A DNA stretch of 64,000 nt from Candidatus Micrarchaeota archaeon (GCA_028866995.1 JAGWHD010000001.1:183218-247217), one strand, 5' to 3'; counted from the stretch's first letter, positions 25,920-35,090 are shown. A program made the numbers and translations. The notes: a model not told the origin generated them from the letters alone.

Positions 25920-26609
25920 ATGGCATCGAAAACGCCGCACGGAAAGAGCATGCTCTACGTAAAGGCAGCGTCGATGATGGACCTCTGCAGGTACTGCTGC
26001 GGATACGACTTCAACACGGACATGCTGCTCAGGACAAAGGAGGGCAAGGAGACAAGGATAATGGCCCTGGGAGAGCAGATCGGGGACGTGACATTGGGGT
26101 ATTACGTCGAATCCGAAGGCAAGGGTTCGATAATAAGCTACAAGTTCCCCGAGTACGGGAAGGGGCCTGAAAGCATGGAGTTCGTAAACAGCATCGAGCA
26201 GCAGCCTGGCAACTACATAAGCGTCATAGACCTGGACCTGAAGGGCATGAAGAAGGCGAAGGAGGCAAGCAGCAAGGACATCATGCTGATGAGGATGGAG
26301 AAACCGGAGAGCATGATCAACGCGGCGATAAGGAAGGGGTTGAGGGGCGAGGCGCTGCCTTATCTCTATTCGTTCGCAGTCAAGGGATATACGGTGCTGT
26401 GCGGCTTCGACCTGATAGACGGACTGAACGATGAGAAGAGGATGCTTTATTACACGGTAATGGGCAAGAAAAAGGATGAAGGGTTCCTGAGATGGAGCTA
26501 TACCGCCAACAGGTTCGACTTCGTAGATGTCATAGGCGAATACTCTTATATCTATGTTAAGATAATAAATCTTGCAGGCCCATTCTCATTCTTCAAAATG
26601 CCCGATTAG
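25920..26609 (+). CDS. hypothetical protein
   Basis: 229-aa ORF with no motif recognised. The last 10 nt overlap the 5' end of tRNA-Asn. Confidence 0.6.
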   Translation: MASKTPHGKSMLYVKAASMMDLCRYCCGYDFNTDMLLRTKEGKETRIMALGEQIGDVTLGYYVESEGKGSIISYKFPEYGKGPESMEFVNSIEQQPGNYISVIDLDLKGMKKAKEASSKDIMLMRMEKPESMINAAIRKGLRGEALPYLYSFAVKGYTVLCGFDLIDGLNDEKRMLYYTVMGKKKDEGFLRWSYTANRFDFVDVIGEYSYIYVKIINLAGPFSFFKMPD

Positions 26610-26671
26610 CTCAGTGGTAGAGCGCCTGGCTGTTAACCAGGATGTCGCAGGTTCAATCCCTGCATCGGGCG
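26600..26671 (+). tRNA. tRNA-Asn (anticodon GUU)
   Basis: Folded by hand. Acceptor GCCCGAU/AUCGGGC, D stem GCUC/GAGC, anticodon stem CCUGG/CCAGG with loop CUGUUAA, T arm GCAGG-UUCAAUC-CCUGC, discriminator G. No encoded CCA. Confidence 0.93.
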
Positions 26672-26783
26672 ATGGCATTCAAGTACGACCACAATGCTCG
26701 ACAGTCCAATATCCGTGGATAGATAATTACATAGATAGTAAGGCAAAGGAGGGGGCACTATCAAGGATGGTATAATTTCCACT

Positions 26784-27200
26784 CTATGTCGCATTCCCAC
26801 TTTTCCTGCCGATTATCGTACGCCATATGTTAACTGCATGCAACAAAACGGCCACAATCATCACTATCAACCCACCCAGGATCACTGCTACTTCCTTATG
26901 GCCTGTAAGTGCAACACCCTCGAATGCAATTATCCCTGCATTTAGGAGGACGTATTCTGCAATTATGACCTTATAATTTGCTCCGCTATGGCGTGAGACC
27001 CCAGGCACAAAGATGTAAGAGACGCCAAAAATCAGCTGCGTGACAAAACCGTACAATAGCAGTATGAATATCGGATCTCTATCTACGCCAGCTGTGCCTG
27101 ATAGGTTAAAGGCAAGAAGTATCGTACCGATTACAAAATACAAGAACCCCGTAGCTATGTAAAGCCTTACCATCTTGCTCGTTGCAGCAACATTATCCAT
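26784..27200 (-). CDS. hypothetical membrane protein (about 4 TM)
   Basis: 138 aa with four hydrophobic segments. No motif recognised. Confidence 0.6.
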   Translation of the reverse strand: MDNVAATSKMVRLYIATGFLYFVIGTILLAFNLSGTAGVDRDPIFILLLYGFVTQLIFGVSYIFVPGVSRHSGANYKVIIAEYVLLNAGIIAFEGVALTGHKEVAVILGGLIVMIVAVLLHAVNIWRTIIGRKSGNAT

Positions 27201-27229
27201 AAACGCACCAAGTACCTCTTGCAGATCAG

Positions 27230-27424
27230 TTATTTATACAATATATTCATCCCGTTCGCCCTTGCGCTTTTTGTTAGCTTATGGGGTTTTGAATTGGTCG
27301 GGCTGAAGATGTGCCTGACATCCATGCCTCTGACCAGAAGCGCATCCGCTATCAGCGATCTGTGGCATCTCCATGGTACTACTCGAGGTAGACCCTCTGC
27401 AGGACAATAGACTGAGTTAGCCAA
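27230..27424 (-). pseudogene. C-terminal remnant of a DUF488-family gene
   Basis: VYCPAEGLPRVVPWRCHRSLIADALLVRGMDVRHI matches the conserved C-terminal block of DUF488 proteins (CAE...WRCHRxLIAxxL...G..V.HI). The N-terminal roughly two thirds of the family are missing. Confidence 0.55.
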
Positions 27425-27488
27425 ATAGAAAGAAATGTGAATGCTTCAGGTCGCAAACTTATAAATAAATCGAAAATAACAGACTAAC

Positions 27489-27656
27489 ATGGAGGAGTAC
27501 GATAAGGAGTTTCTGGAGTACATGGAAAAGAAGTATAAGATAACGCCTAAAAAGGCTACTACGGGGAGGGAGATCAAGATAATAACTTTTGCAGTAGCTT
27601 GGAATGTGTGGAAACAAGCGAAAAAAGTTTATCTTAAACCTAAGTCAGGCTCTTGA
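27489..27656 (+). CDS. small hypothetical protein (55 aa)
   Basis: Below the ORF-track cutoff. MEEYDKEFLEYMEKKYKITPKKATTGREIKIITFAVAWNVWKQAKKVYLKPKSGS. TATA CTTATAAATAAAT lies about 20 nt upstream. Confidence 0.4.
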   Translation: MEEYDKEFLEYMEKKYKITPKKATTGREIKIITFAVAWNVWKQAKKVYLKPKSGS

Positions 27657-27755
27657 AAGAGGATAAGCAAGAGGGGCCATATTTTTGAATCTAATAGGGG
27701 CTCTCCCAATCAAGTTGGCATGAGGGATAACGCCAATTTTGCCATATTCTAAACC

Positions 27756-28001
27756 TTAACTGCCTCGATCCGGGTTTGATTGTCGCAGTTTTTCCCATGA
27801 TTTATACATATCCTCTGTGGCTTTGTTCGCCTTTTTGCGCATAGTGAATTCCCTCCTTCCCAGTTGTTTGATCTTATTTAAATCCTTTCCATGTTCGGCT
27901 GTGTCTAGCCATTCATTAAGCGATTTTCTCCAGATATCACTTAGTTTTTTTGCTTTTCTTGCCCTCATCCTAAATGCTTCTTGCAGATTTTTCTTGGACA
28001 C
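27756..28001 (-). CDS. small basic hypothetical protein (81 aa)
   Basis: Lys/Arg-rich helical ORF in an AT-rich stretch. No motif recognised. Confidence 0.4.
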   Translation of the reverse strand: MSKKNLQEAFRMRARKAKKLSDIWRKSLNEWLDTAEHGKDLNKIKQLGRREFTMRKKANKATEDMYKSWEKLRQSNPDRGS

Positions 28002-28290
28002 GTCAACATCCCCATACCTTAAAGTTAGTTACCAGCCGAACTATTTATTTCTTTTGATTGATCTTTGGTTGGTGGATCTTAATTTTACTCCAATCCCCCA
28101 TCTTTTGACCAGTGAGTAGGTAAATGTGAGAAAACATTAAGTGTATGTGTCTGGCGATGACCTTCGAGTACGATTCCTGCTCCGCGAACGGCATCCACTG
28201 TAAGGAATTCGATTATCCTGCAAGATTGGACAACATAACATTTAAATATTTAATTAATAATTAATATGTATTAGCTCTGCAGCTAGATTT

Positions 28291-28494
28291 ATGTTGAAAC
28301 GTGATGGCATGGTAAACCCCCTGTATTTCAAAGGAGTTGGAGTTGGACTTGCAATTGCCTGGGTGACTGGCGCATTGGCCTATTGGCTGCAAAGGAAAGG
28401 GATCAAGCATACGAAATTCCCCACGCCGATAGCGCTGATACTGCTTGAGTTTGTGCTTAGTGCGATATTCTTGGCGATATCCTACCTGATATGA
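28291..28494 (+). CDS. small membrane protein (2 TM)
   Basis: 67 aa with two hydrophobic helices. Lies 15 nt upstream of the ArsR gene. Preceded by an AT-rich palindromic region (TTTAAATATTTAATTAATAATTAATA). Confidence 0.5.
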   Translation: MLKRDGMVNPLYFKGVGVGLAIAWVTGALAYWLQRKGIKHTKFPTPIALILLEFVLSAIFLAISYLI

Positions 28495-28509
28495 GCTTGA
28501 ATTGGTATC

Positions 28510-28833
28510 ATGGGAACCCTGTGGAAAGCTTTGGCGGACGACAGTCGCAGGCAGGTCCTGCTCATGCTGATAGACGGCGAGATGACCCCGGGTGGGATGG
28601 CAGCAAAGTTCGATTTCACCCTGCCAGCCCTGTCCACCCACCTGCGGATCCTCAAGGACGCAGGGCTGGTCGTAGAGCGTAGGGAAGGAAAGCGCAGGAT
28701 TTACTCGCTCAACGCCAACGGCATGGATGAGCTGTTCAGGTTCGTGGACGCATTCTGGGCATACCCGCTGCACAACCTGAAGCATTACTTCAAGGGCAAG
28801 GGAAATGCTGGGATTAGAAAGAGCAAGTCCTGA
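28510..28833 (+). CDS. ArsR/SmtB-family transcriptional regulator
   Basis: LADDSRRQVLLML...LPALSTHLRILKDAGLVVERREGKRRIYSL is the canonical ArsR winged HTH. Confidence 0.88.
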   Translation: MGTLWKALADDSRRQVLLMLIDGEMTPGGMAAKFDFTLPALSTHLRILKDAGLVVERREGKRRIYSLNANGMDELFRFVDAFWAYPLHNLKHYFKGKGNAGIRKSKS

Positions 28834-28891
28834 GAGATTGAAGGCCTATGCTTTGTGCGTGACCTATTTGTGCCGCGGGGCGATGTTTTTG

Positions 28892-28902
28892 CCTTTAAAT
28901 AC
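28892..28902 (+). promoter_or_regulatory. TATA box CCTTTAAATAC
   Basis: Lies 27 nt upstream of ATG 28929. Third copy of the CTTTAAATAC motif. Confidence 0.45.
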
Positions 28903-28928
28903 TTTGCCGGAGGAGTAATGTTGATTAA

Positions 28929-29795
28929 ATGGGAATTTCAGGCATATTTGGGAGGGCGTTAGACATCTTGAAGGCGAATCCTAAGATAATCCTGCCTTAT
29001 TTCGTATTCACGGCATTGGTCGGCATGCTTTCGATATATTTCAGCCTCTCGCTCGCCGGATCGGTGAAAGGCGCAGGGGTGAACACGATAGCGTCATTCG
29101 TCAGCGTGCTGCTCGTAATGTTGGTGAGGCTGGCGCCTTTGCTGATATCTGTAACCATACTGGGGATATTGGTGACCCCGCTCATCGTCGGCATGTACAT
29201 TGACATCGCGGACCAGGGCTGCCAAAAGAAAACGGTATCGCTTAGGAAGGCATTTGAAGTTGCGAAAAGCAATTATTCGAACATGTTTTTGCTGTCGATC
29301 CTAGTGACAATCATATGGATTGTAGTATTTGCCGTCCTTGGGGTGGTATTCGCCCTTCCGGCGCTCATGATGGGGGCAGGCACAGGCGGTATACTGTTGC
29401 TCATCGTAGGGGCGATAGTCTCGATAGTGGTCCTGGCAGTCTTGAGCATATACCTCTATGAAGCGTATGCCGTCGTGGTCCTTGAGAGGCTTGGCCCGAT
29501 CAGGGCAGTCAGAAGGAGCCTTCAGATAGGCAGGCAGAAGCTAGGTCTGCTTTTCAAGGTCCTCGTGCTTACGGTTCTTGTGGCGATAGGATTCGTTATC
29601 GCGGATGGCATCCTGGTAGGCGTGGTTGAGGTCGTGCTGGGGCTTTCAGGGCATTCCTGGCTCGGACTTGGGATCGGGCAAACGTTGAACTTTTTGTTCA
29701 GCAGCGCATTTAGCGCGTGGATCATCATGATCCCTGTAGTATTCTACAAGGAATACGTAGGGAAAGGAAAGGCAGCAAAGGGAAGAAGGAAATAG
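28929..29795 (+). CDS. hypothetical polytopic membrane protein
   Basis: 288 aa with 6 or more hydrophobic segments and a basic C-terminal tail (GKGKAAKGRRK). Confidence 0.7.
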   Translation: MGISGIFGRALDILKANPKIILPYFVFTALVGMLSIYFSLSLAGSVKGAGVNTIASFVSVLLVMLVRLAPLLISVTILGILVTPLIVGMYIDIADQGCQKKTVSLRKAFEVAKSNYSNMFLLSILVTIIWIVVFAVLGVVFALPALMMGAGTGGILLLIVGAIVSIVVLAVLSIYLYEAYAVVVLERLGPIRAVRRSLQIGRQKLGLLFKVLVLTVLVAIGFVIADGILVGVVEVVLGLSGHSWLGLGIGQTLNFLFSSAFSAWIIMIPVVFYKEYVGKGKAAKGRRK

Positions 29796-29871
29796 GAATT
29801 GCACAAGGCCTGCCCTAAGGGATGCCTTAATCAGCCTCTTTCCCGTTTGGGAGTCATGCTTGCAGCAGTGG

Positions 29872-30954
29872 TTATAGGACTACGTCCAGGTTGAGCTCCT
29901 TCTTGAGTTCCCTGTACCTGTTCCTTACAGTGACTTCGGTGACTCCTGATACGTCGGCGATCTCCTTCTGCGTCCTCCTCTCGCCTGCCTGGGCTCCGCC
30001 TATGTAGACAGCCGCTGCCGAGACTCCCGTAGGGCTCCTTCCGCTCAAGAGGCCCTTCTTCGTGGCCTGCTTCAGCAGGACCATCGCCTTCTCCTGGGCC
30101 TCAAGGCTGAGCTTCAGCGCCGAGATATATCTTGGAACGTAGCTTGACGGGTCTGGAAGCGGCACCTTCAGTTTTAATGCGTGCGCCATCATCCTGAATG
30201 ACCTCCCTATCTCCTTCTTTGAGACTCCGGAAGCATTAGATATCTCATTGAGCGTCCTCGGTATGCCTGCTGTCCTGCATGTAGCGTACAGGGCGGCGTT
30301 GACAACGGTCTCTATCGGCCTTCCACGTATCAGGTTGCCCTTTACGCAATGCCTGTAAAGGAGGGCAGACTGCTCCTTTATGCTGTCCGGGAGCCCTAGA
30401 TAGCTCGCTATCCTGTTGAGCTCCGGCAGCGCGATGAGGTAGTTCCTCTCGCTTGAGCTGGATATGCTGGCCCTCTTGTGCCATTTCCTCATCCTGTAGA
30501 GCTGCGCGTTCCTGTTGGACGGTAACTTGGAGCCGCGTATATCCCTATTATACATGTCTATTTCAGTCACAAGGCCCTTGTTCGGCTTCATGTACCTAAT
30601 CGGCGCACCGGTCCTTGTCCTTGCATTCCTCTGGTCCGCGTCGAAAGCCCTCCACTCAGGGCCCGTGTCAGCGACGCTGTCCTCCAGTATGAATCCGCAC
30701 CCGTTGCATATGTACTCCCCCTTTTCGTTGTCGAAGATTATGTCGGCGCTGTCGCAGCTTGTGCATTTCCGTATGCCTGTTGTCCCTTCCTTTCCATTGT
30801 CGCTGGGTGCGGCCTTACCCCATCCCACCAACGCGGGAGCCGGAATGGCTGCCTTTTCCATGGCACGGGCATTGATCCGCCTGGAAGCTGCCTTTGCATT
30901 CTCCTTTGTCGCGCTTATGATAGCATGCTCTTTTGTAATGGACGTTTTTATCAC
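29872..30954 (-). CDS. tfb: transcription initiation factor TFB (TFIIB homologue) with N-terminal extension
   Basis: Zn ribbon CTSCDSADIIFDNEKGEYICNGCG, B-finger/linker TGPEWRAF, two cyclin repeats, C-terminal HTH VTEVTVRNRYREL. About 60 extra N-terminal residues if ATG 30954 is used. Alternative start MEKAAIP at 30861. Confidence 0.93.
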   Translation of the reverse strand: MIKTSITKEHAIISATKENAKAASRRINARAMEKAAIPAPALVGWGKAAPSDNGKEGTTGIRKCTSCDSADIIFDNEKGEYICNGCGFILEDSVADTGPEWRAFDADQRNARTRTGAPIRYMKPNKGLVTEIDMYNRDIRGSKLPSNRNAQLYRMRKWHKRASISSSSERNYLIALPELNRIASYLGLPDSIKEQSALLYRHCVKGNLIRGRPIETVVNAALYATCRTAGIPRTLNEISNASGVSKKEIGRSFRMMAHALKLKVPLPDPSSYVPRYISALKLSLEAQEKAMVLLKQATKKGLLSGRSPTGVSAAAVYIGGAQAGERRTQKEIADVSGVTEVTVRNRYRELKKELNLDVVL

Positions 30955-31247
30955 TTATTTCCCTATCGGCTGATTACTGCAAAACACTGGCGGCCGCTTT
31001 CGGCGGTGAAAACCACCGCCGCATAACCCATTGTTATTGGCCAGCCCACACTTTCTGTCGCTTGATCAAAGGATATAGTGTCAAAGCTGCTGTTCCCGGT
31101 ATGCCTCCCCGTATGAGCGCAGCACGCCCATGCCAGCACCAAAATTAGTTGTTTTACCGCATTCCATGGCCATACCTAATCTACATTTGGTCGTTCTGAT
31201 ATATAAAGCTTTACTTATTTAAACAAAAGTTTACCTGATGATAAGTC

Positions 31248-31469
31248 TTATACTTTTGTAAAATCGACATGCACGGACGGCGATCTTGCCTTGCCTGTTT
31301 CTGCCACGGGAAAATACCTTTGCGGCAGGAGCTTCTCCCTTTTAATCAGCTTCTCAGAGTAGAGCAAGGTTGCGAACGCCGATGCCATGACCGCCAGGGC
31401 CCTGGCAAGGTCCACTACCAGGTTTATGCCGTTGGCGAACGCGGTAACTATCAGGGATAGAATTGTCAT
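31248..31469 (-). CDS. small membrane protein (uncertain)
   Basis: 73-aa ORF with an N-terminal hydrophobic hairpin, downstream of the surface protein gene. Weak. Confidence 0.3.
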   Translation of the reverse strand: MTILSLIVTAFANGINLVVDLARALAVMASAFATLLYSEKLIKREKLLPQRYFPVAETGKARSPSVHVDFTKV

Positions 31470-31531
31470 TCCTTTCTATTATTGCCGCAACCAAAACCCA
31501 ATAGACCGTGCCGGTCCCGTTGCACTATTGC

Positions 31532-32797
31532 CTATCCTGGAATTGTCTGGTAGAGGCATCCTGGCATGACCTCCTTTGATTGGTCGTATATGCTGCTGTC
31601 TCCCCTGAAGGACATCCAGTCGCCCTCTAGCCTGCTCACGTCCCTCTCCGTCTGATTTAGAAGGCTTGGAGCCATGAGCGCGATAGGGCAATAGGTCGTT
31701 ATGCTGCTGTTGGTGCTCGATGCCTTGAATATCATGAGTTCGGTTGTGCCTGCATCGCCTGCGATGACGCTGCCCGCATTCATCCTTACGCTGACCTGCT
31801 GGAACTGCATCGCCCCGGAACTGGTGCTATGCGAATTCCCTTCGCTGATAGATTGGTTGTACGCTGACATGAGGCTGCTGTTGAGGTTTATGACATGATC
31901 GTAGTCGATCCTCCAGTTTGGTATCACCGTGCCGTTGGGCGTCAGGAACGAACCCTGTATCTCATAGTCATTGGTATCTGATTGCCAGGATATGAAGTCT
32001 ATGAGGACGTTGGCCGCGGTGTAGATAGGGGCGCCCTTTGTGAGCAGGTAGGTGTAGTGCGGCAGCAGCTTCGGTGTGCCGTTGGCCTGGAGCACGCTCT
32101 CCCCGAAGTCCATGAATATCTTGTCTACCCTGGGGAATGCGAGCGAATCGTCGAAGTAGAAGCTGCCCGCGTAGTTCGTCGTCCTGTTCCAAGGGGCGAA
32201 CACCACCCCGAGGTTCTGCAGCTGCGGCGTCATGTTCAGCAGGTTTCCATTTCCAGAAGAGGCATTGCTAGTGTTTGTATAGTTGCCTGCACTGCTGCCT
32301 CCCGATCCGTTTCCGGATGCGCTGCTGAATCCTGACGGCAAGGTGCTTGATATGTTTATGGAAGCCCAGTTCTGCGTATCATATGTGCTGTTGGAGTGCA
32401 CGCTGTATACGAGCAGGTATGATGATGTACCGTTCTGCTTCAGCGGCGTGAACTGCATCTCGCCCACTGAAAGGTCGGTTATCCTGTATGTGCCCATGCT
32501 GACGTTCAGGACTGCCCTTGCAGGGGTTCCAGGCATGCCCACGCCTAGCAAGGTAACGTTGTAGCCATCGATTAAGGCGCTCTGGCCGACATGCACAGTC
32601 TTGTAGTACTGGGACTGGCTTGCCTGGGCGATTGTTGTCGCAGTTGTAATTGTCGTGTTCTGCGGCGTTGTCTGCGGGGTCGTTGATGATATTGCAGGCG
32701 GCTGGCCCGAACCCAGGTGCTGCATTGCGAGGTACAGAATTGATAATGCAACAGCTGCGACCACGACTACAGCTGAGGCAGCCCTTATCCCGTTCAC
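31532..32797 (-). CDS. membrane-anchored extracellular glycoprotein candidate
   Basis: N-terminal anchor AASAVVVVAAVALSILYLA, a Thr/Ser/Gln-rich linker and many N-x-S/T sequons. No catalytic motif recognised. Confidence 0.75.
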   Translation of the reverse strand: MNGIRAASAVVVVAAVALSILYLAMQHLGSGQPPAISSTTPQTTPQNTTITTATTIAQASQSQYYKTVHVGQSALIDGYNVTLLGVGMPGTPARAVLNVSMGTYRITDLSVGEMQFTPLKQNGTSSYLLVYSVHSNSTYDTQNWASINISSTLPSGFSSASGNGSGGSSAGNYTNTSNASSGNGNLLNMTPQLQNLGVVFAPWNRTTNYAGSFYFDDSLAFPRVDKIFMDFGESVLQANGTPKLLPHYTYLLTKGAPIYTAANVLIDFISWQSDTNDYEIQGSFLTPNGTVIPNWRIDYDHVINLNSSLMSAYNQSISEGNSHSTSSGAMQFQQVSVRMNAGSVIAGDAGTTELMIFKASSTNSSITTYCPIALMAPSLLNQTERDVSRLEGDWMSFRGDSSIYDQSKEVMPGCLYQTIPG

Positions 32798-32864
32798 CCT
32801 AGGTTAACGGTGTTCCTTATATTAAATGTTTCCGAGCCCTTGCGGCAGGTCGGTTTGCGCAGCA

Positions 32865-34259
32865 TCACGACGGAGGGCTCTTGTCGACATATCTCTTCTT
32901 TTTCTGCTCCTGCTGCGGCTGCTGTTGCTGCTGAGATGGCTGCGCAGCCGCAGGCTGCGAGCCCTCCTTTGGAGGCTCCTTGACCTCCTCCGGTGCCTTG
33001 TAAGATATGAATATGCCGATCGTGGAGACTATGTTCGTGAAAAGGATTATGAGGAATATCTGGTTCAGGAATCCAGGTATCGTTATGCCAAGCGTGAGCG
33101 GTATCGTGGCGATTATCGCGGATGACAGGCCCCTTGAGATGTTGAAGGTCGCGAGCCTGCCAGTGACCTTGGCCGATGCGCCCTCCTGTATGAAGTTCTT
33201 GAGCATGTTGACGAAGACGAACCTGAGGAAGAGTATGGCCGCGGTTGCTATCAGCGCTGTCCCTAGACTCGTTATGCTGATGTTTGAGATGCTGAACAGA
33301 AGGCCTATGTAAACGAAGAAGAACGTGCTGGTGAAGAACTCTATCTCCCTTTGGTATACAATCACGTAATGGACCTCGGGGAAGTAGAAGTACTTCCTTA
33401 TCGTCGCGTCTATCAGGTCCTTGAACTTGGCGTATATCGTCTCCTTCTTGTGGTGCGATTCTGGAGGGTTCTCCATCCCCAGGTTCGCGAATACGATGCT
33501 GAACACGAAGATGGTGAGCGGAGCGCTGAAGTTCAGCAGCACCGCTATCCCGTACGTGGCTATGACAGTAGATATGGTTAGCATCCAGCTGTAGGCCTTG
33601 CTGTAGTCCTTGAACCTCTTCAGTATGTAGAGCCATATAAGCGCAAGGAAGAAACCCAACGCTATCGACCCGACGAGAACGTCGGCGACAAGCGATGTGA
33701 CGTATCCTGCGGTTATGCCTGCGTGAAGGAGCAGGTTGAAGAGCAGCAGGGGTATCACCAGCTGTATCGAGTCCGTGACAACGCTCTCGTATATCAGCGC
33801 GGTCTTGAGGTCCTCGCCCGCCTTTGCCGCCTTCATAAGGGTAGGCACTATCGCGCTGCTCGGCCCTGCAAGCGCGAAGCCGAATATCAAAGACTCGATA
33901 GGGCCCCAGTGGAGCAGGTACGATGCTATGCCAGCAAGTATTATTCCAGTGACAACTGCGAGGAGGATAGTGAATTCGGTCGCCTTGGCGAGAACCCTGC
34001 GCAGCTTGCGCACGTTTATGTTCAGCCCTACGTCGAAAAGTATGAACGCTATGGCGAAAGCCGTTATGTACGGCGTCAATGTCTCGAGGGTGCTGTTGGC
34101 GCCGCTGCTGACCAGCCCGAACACCGGGCCTATGAGAAGCCCTATGATCATGAGCGGCAGCGTCTTCGTTATCCTTATCCTGTCGAACAGCGCGTTTATT
34201 ATGAACCCTAGGAACGCTATCCCTGCAAGGAATATGAACAGTATGGCAGCCCCGAACAT
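32865..34259 (-). CDS. Na+/H+ (cation:proton) antiporter, CPA family
   Basis: About 12 TM with Na_H_exchanger-like blocks (FILFDVGLNINVRKL, LAGPSSAIVPTL, ESVVTDSIQLV). Q/P-rich C-terminal tail. I chose start MFGAAIL at 34259, 30-40 nt downstream of a TTTATTTAATA box. The track ORF (to 35009) runs on through the antisense of the FKBP gene. Confidence 0.82.
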   Translation of the reverse strand: MFGAAILFIFLAGIAFLGFIINALFDRIRITKTLPLMIIGLLIGPVFGLVSSGANSTLETLTPYITAFAIAFILFDVGLNINVRKLRRVLAKATEFTILLAVVTGIILAGIASYLLHWGPIESLIFGFALAGPSSAIVPTLMKAAKAGEDLKTALIYESVVTDSIQLVIPLLLFNLLLHAGITAGYVTSLVADVLVGSIALGFFLALIWLYILKRFKDYSKAYSWMLTISTVIATYGIAVLLNFSAPLTIFVFSIVFANLGMENPPESHHKKETIYAKFKDLIDATIRKYFYFPEVHYVIVYQREIEFFTSTFFFVYIGLLFSISNISITSLGTALIATAAILFLRFVFVNMLKNFIQEGASAKVTGRLATFNISRGLSSAIIATIPLTLGITIPGFLNQIFLIILFTNIVSTIGIFISYKAPEEVKEPPKEGSQPAAAQPSQQQQQPQQEQKKKRYVDKSPPS

Positions 34260-34361
34260 GTTGAACAGTACGCATTTGCATAGCATTATTAAATAAATTT
34301 CTCCGGAGTTCGGGAGACACGCTTGCTTATTAATCCTATCCTGAGACATATATCCGATCCC

Positions 34362-34982
34362 ATGGAGGTTAGCAAGCAGGACGATTCTGCCAATCCGGCG
34401 CAGCAACAGACGGCGCAGGCAGCGCCATCTGCCCCAGCGGCCGGCCAGCCGCAACAGAAGGCAGGCAGGGGCATCAAGCCAGCTTACCTCGCCGCTGCGG
34501 TCGTCATCGCGGTAGCTGTCATAGGGGTAGCCTACTGGGTATTGTTCGCTTCCGTGCCGACAGTGGTCAGCGGCGATACAGTATCTGTGTATTACGTCGG
34601 CTCCTTCACCAACGGCACTGTCTTCAACTCGAATGTGGGAGGGCAGCCGCTGCAGTTCACCGTGGGGTCCGGACAGGTCATATCCGGATTCGACAGCGCG
34701 GTGCTGGGCATGAAGCTGAACGAGGAGAAGAACATAACCCTTGCCCCTGACCAGGCCTATGGCCAGGTCAACCCGCAGCTTGTCATGAGCATGCCGCTGA
34801 GCAGCTTCCCGAGCAAGAACGTCAGCGTCGGCATGAGCGTTCAGGGCAGCGCCAACGGCCAGCAGGAGGTGGGATATGTCATCGCTGTGAACTCGACCAA
34901 TGTCACGGTCGACTTCAACCCTCCGCTTGCGGGCAAGACGCTTGCCTTCAGCATAAAAGTGGTAGGCATACAGGGCAAATAG
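34362..34982 (+). CDS. FKBP-type peptidyl-prolyl isomerase (SlyD-like, with IF insert) carrying an N-terminal membrane anchor
   Basis: GDTVSVYYVGSFTNGTVFNS...FTVGSGQVISGFDSAVLGM plus DFNPPLAGKTLAFSIKV. Preceded by a Q/A/P-rich segment and the TM helix AYLAAAVVIAVAVIGVAYWVLFA. ATG 34362. Confidence 0.85.
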   Translation: MEVSKQDDSANPAQQQTAQAAPSAPAAGQPQQKAGRGIKPAYLAAAVVIAVAVIGVAYWVLFASVPTVVSGDTVSVYYVGSFTNGTVFNSNVGGQPLQFTVGSGQVISGFDSAVLGMKLNEEKNITLAPDQAYGQVNPQLVMSMPLSSFPSKNVSVGMSVQGSANGQQEVGYVIAVNSTNVTVDFNPPLAGKTLAFSIKVVGIQGK

Positions 34983-35090
34983 AGGAACAGTTCTGCTCTT
35001 CAGCAGCATCTTAAAAAATGCGAGCCAAGGCTCGGTCTTGGACCGGTCTTTCAGTGGCGCCTTGGCTTAAGGAAAAGCCTTAGGCGGCGC

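Noticed and set aside
26600-28105. Complete integrated element with att sites at tRNA-Asn
   Set aside because: No integrase or recombinase ORF is present. The putative right repeat matches only about 12 of 14 nt. It is reported as a degraded islet, not annotated as a mobile element.
28261-28785. 174-aa minus-strand ORF overlapping the small membrane protein and ArsR genes
   Set aside because: The opposite strand encodes a canonical ArsR HTH. The minus-strand product is Q/H/R/P-rich with no motif.
31235-31300. Possible C/D box sRNA (TGATGA at about 31236)
   Set aside because: No matching D box (CTGA) lies at an appropriate distance, and there is no terminal stem. A single hexamer is expected by chance.
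32794-34320. 508-aa minus-strand ORF in an alternative frame over the antiporter gene, plus the 5' extension of the 714-aa ORF to 35009
   Set aside because: The product is R/H/Q-rich with no TM segments. The antiporter frame shows about 12 TM helices. The extension beyond 34259 is antisense to a clear FKBP gene and lies upstream of the TATA box.
35023-35067. Inverted repeat GCCAAGG...CCTTGGC, identical to the acceptor stem of tRNA-Ser, with an inner hairpin CGGTC-TTG-GACCG
   Set aside because: Only 45 nt long, with no D, anticodon or T arms, so it cannot be a tRNA or a recognisable half. A 7-nt inverted repeat is expected by chance in 64 kb. It probably acts as a terminator-like structure between the convergent genes.
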